A program made the translations under genes and the position numbers. The notes beneath the pieces are model-generated. The model did not search any database, was not told the origin of the DNA, and worked only from the letters and a program-made list of their open reading frames with translations. Positions 14,147 through 25,033 of a stretch of DNA of 64,000 nt are shown piece after piece (position 1 is the stretch's first letter; the number at the start of each line of letters is the position of its first letter). Source of the stretch: Callorhinchus milii (Eukaryota); the NCBI RefSeq assembly GCF_018977255.1, contig NW_024704745.1, positions 66,526,001-66,590,000 on the forward strand. The letters are read 5' to 3'.

Positions 14147-14245
14147 TGTGTGTGTGTGTGTGTGTTGTTGTGTGGAACTGGTAAAGGGCTACAAACGTGT
14201 TCTCTCTCTCTCTCTCTCTCTCTCTGTCTGTCTCTCTCTCTCTCT
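14147..14245. repeat. Compound (TG)n and (CT)n microsatellites upstream of CRYL1
   Basis: Read directly from the sequence. Confidence 0.9.
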
Positions 14246-14273
14246 GGGCGCCGCTGTGTTGATCAGCAAAGCT

Positions 14274-14646
14274 ATAATAATCTTTGCACTTGACACGGCG
14301 CCTTCTCACGTCTTTTCGAGACGCCTCAGAGCGCTTCACGCCATATACGGTAAAGGGAATGGACTGTGCGTTTTGTGGGCGAAACCCGGCAGCCAATTGC
14401 GCACAGCAATGGCCCACAAACAGTCGGGGATTGAGGGACCAAATTTTTTTTTTTAAAAAAGGGATTTTTACCCCCCGGAAAAGCGATCCGCCAATCGACT
14501 TAACAACCGAGTTCCTACTCACTGTTAGGTAAACAGAGGCGCGTGGAGTGAGGAAACTTGCCTAACATTTCGCCCTCTGGGCGAGAATCGAACCCAGGAC
14601 CTTTCATTTGCGAGGCAAGCGCTCTAACCACTGAGCTACAGGATGC
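14274..14646 (-). mobile_element. tRNA-derived Deu-type SINE, subfamily B, CpG-rich copy
   Basis: Full head-to-tail match to subfamily B. Confidence 0.85.
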
Positions 14647-15171
14647 CAAAATTTGCATCACTTTCACGCATTTAAAGAGAAAAAGCACTCCATTTTTTAG
14701 ATGCCTATAGATCTAAAATGCCTATAGATGCCTTAGGTTTATGGAGGTTTATGAGATTTTCAATGGCATTGGGAAATGAAAGGCAGAACAATATTTTCAG
14801 ATATATTGAGGCAGAAGAACAGAGAACACAGGTTCAGGGTTGGAAAAGGCAAATTCATGACAGATTCCAGGAAGCAATTATTTACCCAGAGAGTAATTAA
14901 CAATAGCAATGGGTTACAAGAAAGGGTGGCTGAACCAAAGGCACACTGGACTCATTTAAGAAACAACTTCATGCTGTAATAAAAGGGTGCTAGAGTGGCT
15001 ATTCTGGAAGTGTGATATTAAATAGGCCATCTGAACCTCTCTTCTGATCTTACTGTTTTGTCTCCCAACTAATGTCATCATAGTGAATCTCTTCTACATC
15101 CTCTCTATCTTAGATACTCATTTGAACCAGGACAATTCCAAAACCTGAATATAGTCCTCCAACGTGTCAAC

Positions 15172-16102
15172 AACAAGAAGAAAATTACATTTGTATAGCG
15201 CCTTTCACATCGGGAGGACGTCCCAAGGCACTGGACAGTGTACAGTATTTCAGACCTGAGCTGGGGTCAGGGAAGGAAAAGGGAGGGGAAGGGGGGTGAC
15301 CGATGCATAGTCGAAGAGGAGGATCTTGAGGCAGGACTTGAAGGAGGTGGTGAGGTGGAGTAATTTAGGGGATGGAATTCCAGAGGTTGGGGGCAGAGTG
15401 GCTGAAGGCTCTCCCACCAATGGTGGGGCGGGTGGGTTGGGGGACGTGTAGCAGGCCGGAGCCGGCTGAGCGGAGGGTTGGGCGGGTTGGTTGGGGGTTA
15501 GGAGATCGCAGAGACCATGGAGGGCTTTGTAGGTGAGGACCAGGATCTTGAACTGGATCTTCTGAAATAATAATAATAATCCTTGCATTTGATATAACGC
15601 TTTTCACGTCGGGAGGACGTCCCAAAGCGCTTCACAGAACACACTGTAAAGTGAATTGACTGTATATTTGTGGGCGAACGCGGCAGCCAATTGCGCACAG
15701 CAATGTCCCACAAACAGTCGTAATTGAAAATGACCAATTTAATTATTGTTTTTGGTTTTGGAGGGATTATTATTAGGCGTGTGGAGTAAGGAAACTTGCC
15801 CAAGGTTTCGCCCTGCCTGGAATTGAACTCAGGTCTCTAGCTTGCAAAGCGAGTGCTCAACCACTGAGCTACAGGACTCCACACGAAGGATAGGGAGCCA
15901 AAGGAGTCGGGTGAAAATGGGGTCGCGGTGTTTGATGCGGGAGAGGACACAGGCTGCAGAGTTCTGGATTATCTGCAGCCTGTGGAGGGAGGAGTTGGGA
16001 AGGTCGACAAGCAGGGCGTTTGCATAGTCGAGCCTGGAGGTGATGAAGGCATGAACAAGAGTTTCAGCGGCCTGAGGGGTGAGGTAGTGGTGGAGTTGGG
16101 CC
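15172..16102 (-). mobile_element. L2 LINE 3' fragment split by a SINE insertion
   Basis: [20 protein letters not shown] (ORF 15829-16104) continues as [15 protein letters not shown] (ORF 15250-15588); tail ends near 15175. Confidence 0.85.
15567..15884 (-). mobile_element. Young SINE, subfamily A, full length, nested in L2
   Basis: Starts GTGTGGAGTCCTGTAGCTCAGTGG on minus; flanked by GAA at 15564-15566 and 15885-15887. Confidence 0.9.
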
Positions 16103-16463
16103 AATTCAATTCCTATGCAATTCCATCATAACTTCTCTGCTTTTTATATTCAGTATCCCAGTTTATAAATCCTAGAACACCTTAACGGCTTTTTGTGCCG
16201 TCCCACTTTGATTCATGTATTTGTACCCCCAGAAGCTTCTGTTCCTCCACTCCAGTTTGTTTAACTCCCTATTGTTTTTCCACAAAGTGCAGCACTTCAT
16301 AATTATTCATGTTTTAAACCAATTGTCCAACCAATTCTGTCCTCCTGTCTTACCACTTAGCTTGTATGGGGTATAAATACCAGCAGATTAGTTGGGCAGA
16401 TTGGTCTGTTTTCATGCCATATCATTCTATATAGTGTTATACAATCCTGTATGCGGATGATAC

Positions 16464-17164
16464 TGTAAGATTATATTGGTGATTTTTAATGTTTTTAAGG
16501 CTTTTAATTAATCTTTATATATGTTTAGCATGTAACCTACCCATAATCTTTTAATAAGGTTTGTTTGATTTAATGACTATCTTAGCAGGAGTTAAAACTA
16601 GCTTTGCTGGCCCACAGTTGAGGTTAGCTTCTGATTACATTTCTTATTTTCCTGGGAAGATGTTAACTCCTCTGAGATAATGAGCAATCGGGTCCTTGAG
16701 CATAGATGTAAGAACAATGGACCACAGAAAGAAAGGCTTGTGGCCTCAGACACCTGCCTATCTCACGGCTGAGAAACAAGCAGCTGTGGAAGTGCGACGG
16801 CACAAAGAGCCGTTAACTTCTGTCCAGAAGTTGTCCATATCTCTCTCTGCAAATCAGCCTGCGAAGGGTGGGGGCTATCTCTGTGACTAGGGGAGATGGA
16901 GTTACAAACACATAAAAGAAAGATTTAACTTTGGAATAATTGGAATCATCGTAGGAGGAACAGTTGTGAGGCAGCTGGTGGTCAGCGATTTCCCTAATGG
17001 AATCGGGTAATATCAGTTTCGTTGAATCTTACTGCTTTAATGTAATTTAACGATACAATAATTGTATTTGTTAAAGCAGTAACCTTTGAATTGTGTATGA
17101 TATTAAAAAAAATGTAATCCACACCACTTGTATTGGGTAAAGTTTCTTTTTGGTGAACCTTACA
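16464..17164. mobile_element. Solo LTR, 701 bp
   Basis: Termini TGTAAG...CTTACA; 4-bp target duplication ATAC at 16460-16463 and 17165-17168; excision restores the L2 codons TAT GCG GAT GAT ACC CAA CTC TAT CTC (YADDTQLYL). Confidence 0.85.
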
Positions 17165-17985
17165 ATACCCAACTCTATCTCCCTGGCTCCACCCTGGACT
17201 CCAGTACAACTGATGTCCTGGCAGCCTGTCTATCGGACATCTGGATAAGAGCCAATTTTCTACAGTAGAACGGCAGCAAGTCCGAGACTCTCCTGATTGG
17301 CTCGCACCGGCACCTCAGGCACTGGCAGCATCAGCATCCGTGGATGCACACTCCACTTCACCAAGCCAGTCAGGAACCTGGGGGTCTTGTTCGATCCTCA
17401 ACTGTCCTTTCTCCCCCACATCCATGCTATGCTCTGCCTTTCCTCAACTCCACAACACTGCCCAAATCCACCACTGCCTCACCCCTCAGGCCACCGGAAC
17501 CCTCATACATGCATTCATTACATCCAGGCTCGACTATGCCAATGCCCTGCTTGTCAGCCTTCCCAACTCTTCCCTGCACAAGCTGCAGATCATCCACAAC
17601 TCTGCAGCTCGTGTCCTCTCCCACATTAGGCTTGGTGACACGATCACACCCACCCTCGCCCGGTTTCACTGGTTCCCTATCCCACAGAGCATTGAGTTCA
17701 AAATCCTCGTACTCACCTTCAAGGCCCTCCATGGCCTTGCCCCCTCCTACCTCTTCAACCTGCTAACCCCTTATCAACCTGTCTGCGCTCTCCGTTCAGC
17801 AGGCTCTGGCCTGCTCCATGTCCATTCCACCATCGGCGGTCAGCCCTTTAGCCTCTCTGCCCCCACCCTCTGGAACTTCATCGCACATTCCCTTCACCTC
17901 GGTCCCTCCCTAGCCTCCTTCAAAGCTCGCTTCAAGACGCTCCTCTTTGACTATGCCTTCGGCCACCCTCCTACCCTCTCTGCCT
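17165..17985 (+). mobile_element. L2 LINE RT 3' part (begins at ~16449, before the LTR)
   Basis: VRNLGVLFDPQLSF (ORF 17297) and [17 protein letters not shown]...[19 protein letters not shown] (ORF 17340), frameshifted. Confidence 0.9.
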
Positions 17986-18915
17986 CTTGTATTGTATCCT
18001 CTGTGTAAAGTTATTTCAATCTAATATGGGGATGATATTCTGTTTTGCTGATGACTTAGCTCTTCCTAGGTATTCTACCAGTTTCAAAAATTATGCCATG
18101 CATAACCAGTATTATCTAACAAGAAGCGCTTTGAGATGTCGAGAAGACGTGAAAAGCGCTATATCAAATGCAAGGATTATTATTAGAAGTAAGGTCACTG
18201 GGAATAGGTCAAAACATGATTAGAAAATGGATCAATTTATCAAACAGTATGTAACCTAAAGAAATGGTTATGAGAAGAAACAGCAATGGAAGGAACAGCC
18301 ACATCAACAATTTGCATTTATATAGTACTCTGGGATAATGTGAGAGCACATCACAGGGATGTTGTCACTTGCGAAGCAAAGAGGATGGGGATGTGACTGT
18401 AGGTGAGGTCAAAGTGGTGGGGTGTTTTTTTTAAGGTGGGATTTAAAGACAGATAGAGAGGACACAGAAAGTTCCAACTGGTGGTGGATAAGAGCTGAAT
18501 CATCTTAAGAAGAGCAGACCAGCACACATCAACTGGCAAATGAAGATCAACCATGCATTATTTTTAAAAAAGCAACAATTACCTACAGGCAAGTCCTGGC
18601 AGGGTTTGAACAGCTGAAAGGCTGCAAGAACTTGCTTGTAGGAAATTTACATCAAATAGCAAATCACATTCCACCATCATAGGAAAATAAAGCTTTGGGT
18701 TATAAAAATGCATTTAAACAGAGTGATTGGAATTTAAGATTATTGAGCAAACTCCTCATCATCTATTCAAATAATAGAAGTAAATTCACTTGGGTGCAGC
18801 ACCAATGCAATTGAAGTCCAACACGAATGAGGGCCTTCAGGAGTAGACAAATCGAGATGTTAAACAGATTTTCAAAATATTCAAACTGGTAATTAACTGT
18901 TTAGATTAATGGGTG

Positions 18916-19562
18916 GCAGCCTGGCTCAGTTGGAAACAATCTTGCCCCAGAATCAGAACATTTGGGGTTCAAGCTTTATGTTGAGAATTTAAATTCATAT
19001 ACTCTAAGATGCCACGCCAATGCAGTGCTGGAGTGTGTTGCATTCCTAGAGATGCTGTCCTTCGATGGAGGCATTGTGTCAGCCTGGTTCAGTTGGTAGC
19101 ACTCTCAACTCTGAGTCAGAAGGTTGTGGATTCAAGTCCAGGTCAGGACATGGAACATCTAAGTCTTAGCTGACACTCCAATGCAATTGGTGGGGGTGGG
19201 GGCGTGCTGCTACATTGTTGGATTTGCCGTTCTTCAGATGAGACATTTAGACATTAAACAAAAGCCCCATCTGGCTGTTCAAGTGAACGTTAAAGATCCC
19301 ATGGCACTACTTAAAAAGAGATGGGAATTTTTTCCCCAATGTTTTGACTAACAATCTCCCAAGTGAAATTAGTCATTCGATGCATGGCTGTTTGTGGGAC
19401 AACAACAACAAATTACATTTGTATAGCACCAGGGGGACATTGCTCTGAGAAAAGCTGTCTGCCACATTCGCCCACAAAACACACAATCACTGCACTTTAT
19501 CGTATAAACTATGAAGTGTTTTCGGACATTCCTGACATCAAACATAATGGGTATTATTATTA
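18916..19562 (+). mobile_element. Tandem older Deu-type SINEs (partial head plus near-complete copy)
   Basis: CAGCCTGG(C/T)TCAGTTGG heads at ~18917 and ~19080, then GTTCAAG B box, AAAGATCCCATGGCACTA and Deu core. Confidence 0.7.
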
Positions 19563-20289
19563 CAGTAAATTCCAGATAACTCATCCCTCTGAGGAAAATG
19601 GCCCATTAATGAATTATCTGATGTGATGAGCTAGCTATATATATCAAAAATGCTCTATTTCCTATTGTTTATTTCTGTTACTGTAATGGAAACTGCACTT
19701 CTTGGGAGATGTGAATATATTGCAGTGTATTAAAGAACAAAGTTACTGTACTTCCAGGTTATGTGAAAAATAAGCATTTTTATGTAATAAACAATTTCCA
19801 TACAACAAAATATGATGATGATTCTTAATGATGTTCAACTTGATGAGTCAGATATCACTCATTCGTCCTATAGATGCACAACTTTCCCTCCCCAATTTGC
19901 AAGGTACTGTATTTCACACAAGAACACGGGTTCACTGGGTGAGTTTAACCAACTTGCCAATCTGTCCTTCTAGCAATACAATAATACTGCTGAAAGCAAA
20001 AAAACATTTGTTACAAATGCAATTCAGAAATTAAAAAAGTAACTCACAAAATGCTGTAATGATCTCAATCTACTTGGGAAAAATTGTCAATGATATTCTT
20101 TTGTCACGCCTGAAAGGAAATAAGACCACAGAAAGGTGTCTAAGCTTGTATGGAGCATCATCAATGCCCTGTTGCACCAGAAGTAAGCAGTATGACAACT
20201 GCCGCCAGCTACGAGTTCAATCGTCATGTTCTTCTTCTTCAGCATCATCATTGCTTATTGCTCTTTACGTAGCAATAATGTCATGATCA

Positions 20290-22590
20290 GCAGTCATTTT
20301 TGACTACAGCGTCCATGTCGATGAAATCATCCTGGGGGACATTCGTTGGCCACAAACCGATAATGCGCAACGATTTTATGGCTTTACTGAAATGGCTAGA
20401 ATCCTCAGTGCTCTAGCACAAATCCACAGTGCTGCAACAACAGTAGCCAACTGCATTTATAGAGTGTGTTTCACTTCGGGAGGACAGCCCAGTGCTGCAA
20501 TTTGTAATTGTCTAATATTGGCCGTTATGCTCATGAATAGCAATGTTACTGCAATGACAATATCAAAGTTCATAAACTTAAGCAGTAAGCAACATCTCTT
20601 GTTTCTCATGATGCTGGAACACTGACAATAGCGGGCATTGAATTAAACAACCAAAGGTCTCGTCTCTGGAAGTAGCGAGCGTTGTCTCTTTTGCAGCCGT
20701 GTTCCAGTTGCAGTCTGTTCTCTTGCTTTTTTCTGATATTGTTGGAATTGCTGGAACCTTGAACAGTCAAGGTTGAGTGGCTTGAGTTGCAAAACCTTGC
20801 AGAAGTTTTGCTTGTGTGGAGAAGCAGAAAACATACTAGGTCTCTCACTAACTCAAACCAAACACTTGGGATAACCAACACAGATTGAACAAATTATAGC
20901 TTTAGCTACACCTGTTTTATAATTGTCCTTTATTTAGCATCAAGATGATCTGTGCACGTCCTCAACCACCTGATAATTGTTTTCAGGCTGGTTTAAACGA
21001 GCTGAGTTTGTCCTTGGGTACAGAACCCATGAGCTGATTCTGATTAAAATAGTGCAGGACGTTACATCAACAAGTAACAAGAGAGAGAGCTGCAGCTGTG
21101 ATAAACACATTTCTTACTTCTGAACCAATTTAACTCTTCAAGTCACACATACTGAGAGACCTGAGTTCAATTCCAGGCAGAGGGCGAAACCTTAGACAAG
21201 TTTCCTTACTCCACACAGAGCCTAATAATAATCCCTCCAAAAAACCCAAAACAATACTAAATTGGTCATTTTCAATCTACGACTGTTTGTGGGACATTGC
21301 TGTGTGCAATTGGCTGCCGCGTTTGCCCACAAATATACAGTCAATTCACTTTACAGTGTGTTCTGTGAAGCGCTTTGGGACGTCCTCCCGACGTGAAAAG
21401 CGCTATATCAAATGCAAGGATTATTATTTTACTGACATTTTCCTATAACATTTTATCTAAACTACCTGTAACATATGTTACACTTAGATACGAATTGGGT
21501 GAGCAGGGTAATTATCCACAGTAAAGACAACCTTTTCTGTGCAACCATGTCATGGTTGAAGGCATGAACCTATTCCTCAAAGATGGTGTTTACCACCCAA
21601 GCTTTTTTGTTTGCCATGCACTAAACAGGTAAGGAATTGACTTATGCCCCATTAATACAACGTTTTGCAGATTTCCAAATACTAGCAGTTTTTTTTATAT
21701 CAGATCCATCATTGTTAGCAGCCAGTGAATTATTGCTACTTTGCTTCCCATTTTGCTTTCTCCACTGAAAGCCAAAATTCTCTTTAGTAGTAATTGCCAA
21801 AACAAACATCCACATTATAAATATCCCACAGCACATTCTTAAAAGAATTGCAAATTTCCACTTGTCAATTTTAATTTGTGGCATTGAATTGGCTTCTCTG
21901 CAAGTGAACTAAAATGAAATGCCATGTCATGCCTTAAAACATTCCAACCATCCTTTCTTGCACTCAAAATTTCCCATTCCTAATTGAGCTGCACATCGAT
22001 TTGGCCTCTCTGTAAGAATTGTACCACTTACTGGAATACTTTGAGCTCTTGCCTGATGAAACTCCCATGCCAATGAGCAGTACTCAATATCACTGTGAGT
22101 AGTCCACATTTGTTTTTGATTCACACTGAATGTGTGAGCAATGATAGTGCCGAGAATTTTTTCTTTAATCACTGTGGAACATGAAACGTTTTTTTTGCAA
22201 TTACAGCTTTACTCTCCCCATTGAGCACTTTACGAATAGCATTTACCATTGTTCTAATTGAAAGCATCTTGCCAATCTTCTTATTAAAAGTTTTTGTTCA
22301 TTTTTACCAAGAGAGTGGGATGCATCACAACGAAAACCATGCGGCTGGTTGAGTGGCGAACGTTTTCCGAGGTTATCGTGAAAGTTCGCTTTGGGTCATG
22401 ACAAGTAATCCGATCGATTTTACATCGAGTGTACTTAGAAGAATTTCAGCATATGACCAGTTACATGTTAAGCAGACTGACGAGTAAAAGGGATGCCCTT
22501 TGTTAATAGTTTGTGTGGGAAGTGGTCGGGATATTGACCACATGACAATTTAAGTGATAAGTTAAAACAGGGTCGAGTTACCTGAAATTT
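20290..22590 (-). mobile_element. Decayed Tigger/pogo-like DNA transposon (boundaries approximate)
   Basis: Minus-strand remnants: HTH-psq-like MLSIRTMVNAIRKVLNGESKAVIAK (~22190-22270), CENP-B-type WEFHQARAQSIPVSGTIL...KGWLECFKA*HGI (21920-22075) and DDE-like ANNDGSD (~21700). Many stops and frameshifts; TIRs not identified. Confidence 0.75.
21153..21428 (+). mobile_element. Young SINE, subfamily A, 5'-truncated, inside the Tigger remnant
   Basis: Near-identical to the 3' ~275 nt of 60110-60437. Confidence 0.9.
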
Positions 22591-23669
22591 ACTTTATTTT
22601 TAATATCAAATCAGTGTCCCGTCTGCCTGTCCCAGATAAACATTAACAATCCCATAGTAATATTGAAAGAGAGAAAGGAGCTTCTCCCAGTGTCCTGACC
22701 AACAATCCTCCAGATAAAATCAATTTCAAGCAGAATCTAGCTTTAATTTTCTTTGTTTGTTCAGAAGATGAAAAAGGTTTTTGAGCATGTCATGTGAAAA
22801 CATAAAATATCAAAAGGCCCTTTAACCAATCGATCCCATCCTTTCACACACCTTGAACCTCCCGATGTGAAAGTCACTTTACAAACGTAATTTTGTTGTC
22901 CTTAAAACAATCTACTCAGCATGGATTCTACCCAAAACTATTTCCTGAATCTCCCAAGTAAACGTTCAGCCCAAACTCCGGAGCATTCTTATACTTTACA
23001 TCAAATATTCCAAACCAGTTGTATTTCGTGGCATGACATTTACCATCCGGCTGCGCCATCTGAACAAGAAGGGTCACTCCATTATTTCCATTTGCATCCC
23101 TCCTCTTTCTACCCTTTTGTAACAAAAATGATGTCCACAAAGAACATTGTAAGCGCGGTCTCTTTGGTGCTGAGCTGGCACGCTTGGCGACAGGATGTTG
23201 AAATTGACTCAACCCTCTGTGGTGGTCTTGGTAGTCCGCTTCCTGGGAACAAATGGGTGCAAATGATCTTATCCCGGCCAACAATCGCCCAAATAAAATT
23301 GATTGGTGACTCACCTCGTGGGTGTTTGCGGGACATTGCAGTGCGAAAAATTGGCTGCCGCGTTTCACTCGCAAAGTGCGGTCACTGCACCGCTACAGTA
23401 TGTCAAATAGCCACCGTTACAGTATAATCGGTGAAGCGTTTTGAGACGACTCAACGACGCGAAAGGCACCATATAACAATTTATATTGCAACTATATTAC
23501 AAGATATCATAATATTATATTGCATTTGATACAGCGCCTGATCATATCAAACACAATGGTGATGATGGTGACGATGGCTCAGGCACTGTCACAGTGAGCT
23601 CCTCCCTGACCCTCTCCTTCCTTCCCATTCCCTGTCCACCCCCACCCCACCACCAGCTGCAGAAGTCTG

Positions 23670-24035
23670 CAGAGCGCAGGCGCGGCCTCCGCCCAATCAC
23701 GCACGTTCGTCTATCCGGTGCCCTCCGGGCTCAGCCAATCGGCGAGCGCGTCTCTCCGGGGGTGGGACGCGTCGCCGCTGTTGGTTGCGAGTTGGTTTTT
23801 AAAGCAGCGTCTGTTTGACTCGCGGCGGCGGCGGCGCGGCCTGACCAGACCTGACCAGGTATCGTGTCGTGTGGACATACATTCTTAAGTGAAAATACCC
23901 TGACGTGGCCTTTGCGGGCGGGAGGGAAGAAACCGGTGGGCGTCGGTGGGGCTGTGAGCCCCGGGCAGGCTCTGCCCCGCCCCGCCCCGCCCGGTGAGCT
24001 CCAGGCCGCGCTTCTCTGGTTGCCAAGGAGATGGC
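23670..24035 (+). promoter_or_regulatory. IFT88 CpG-island promoter with probable non-coding first exon (donor CAG|GTATCG at 23858/23859)
   Basis: High CpG density; NRF1-like GCGCAGGCGC 23674-23683; CCAAT boxes 23693-23697 and 23735-23739; GC boxes ~23974-23992; RFX X-box 24019-24032. The first coding exon has an acceptor at 25024, so an upstream UTR exon is required. Confidence 0.7.
24019..24032. promoter_or_regulatory. RFX-binding X-box
   Basis: GTTGCCAAGGAGAT; the reverse complement ATCTCCTTGGCAAC fits the ciliary X-box consensus RTHNYYWTRRNRAC at all 14 positions, in the promoter island of a ciliary gene. Confidence 0.65.
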
Positions 24036-25033
24036 TGGAGCGGCGGCAGCCAGTGACGGGGGTTTCGGTCGCGCTGTGCTGTTGCGGTGCTGCGTGGCTG
24101 CACTTCACTCGATATGTAAACGCCAAGAGCTGCCCCCCCCGCCCCCACCCCCACCCACGCCCCCACCTCCTCCCCCCCACCCCCACCCCACCCCCCAAAA
24201 AAACCAGCCCTGTACCAGTTATTACAACGACTTGCATTTATATGGCGCCCTTCACTCAGGGCAGCGTCGCGGAGCGCCTTACGGTGGCGGATGGAGCCTG
24301 ACACCGAGCGGGGGGGGGGAATGGGATCGAGGAGGTGACCGGGAGCACGGTCGGAGAGGACGGCGTTCATAATGGGGACGGAGGGGGCAGAGGCAGAGGG
24401 TTTGAGGGAGAGAGTTCCAAAATTTAAATTGAACAGTGTTCCAGAGTATTAAATTCAATAATGTACATCTGCGGACAGTTGGACGCAGAGAAATAACTGA
24501 ATTCGCGCCGATATATCAACGTGGATGACCGTGATCATCATTGTGAGGAAATCTCCAGCAGTTTTCTCTTTGGCATCAAACTCTTCTCCCCCGCAATGAA
24601 CTGATGAATTGCTACTTCCAGTTGCAATATTTTTTCTGCATGACACCATACATAACCGTTTATTATGAAAGCTGACACTGGGAGTGAAGTTTGCAAATGA
24701 TTTAATGAAGTGCTACAGTATAAATAAAACTGGTACTTCCATTATTAGGACATACAAGAATCTTTGCATTTAGTATAGACTGTCACGAGAATGCTACTGA
24801 GCCAGGCTGATACTGAGAACGCAGTGGTTTGTGTATATTTGCAAATAATATATAATACTGCCTTATGGGATCAGGACACGGTTGTTTATTATCTGCTTTT
24901 GAACATTGTTGATTTTAATGACACTAATGTGTGAACAGGTTCTGGCTACAAATTCAGTAGATTGTTCGAGTGCAGCTTGTCTGTTTTTAATCCTAACAAA
25001 AGTTTCATTTTGTTTATTGCTCAGCGTGAAATA

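Noticed and set aside
17340-18008. Longest ORF in the track (222 aa) as a host gene
   Set aside because: Frameshifted L2 reverse transcriptase remnant.
22921-23427. 168-aa plus and 148-aa minus ORFs upstream of IFT88
   Set aside because: Partly SINE-derived, no domain recognised, no exon structure; a divergent lncRNA cannot be excluded but is unsupported.
23731-24372. Overlapping 110-170 aa ORFs on both strands
   Set aside because: Artefact of the GC-rich promoter island and an L2 tail; no recognisable protein.
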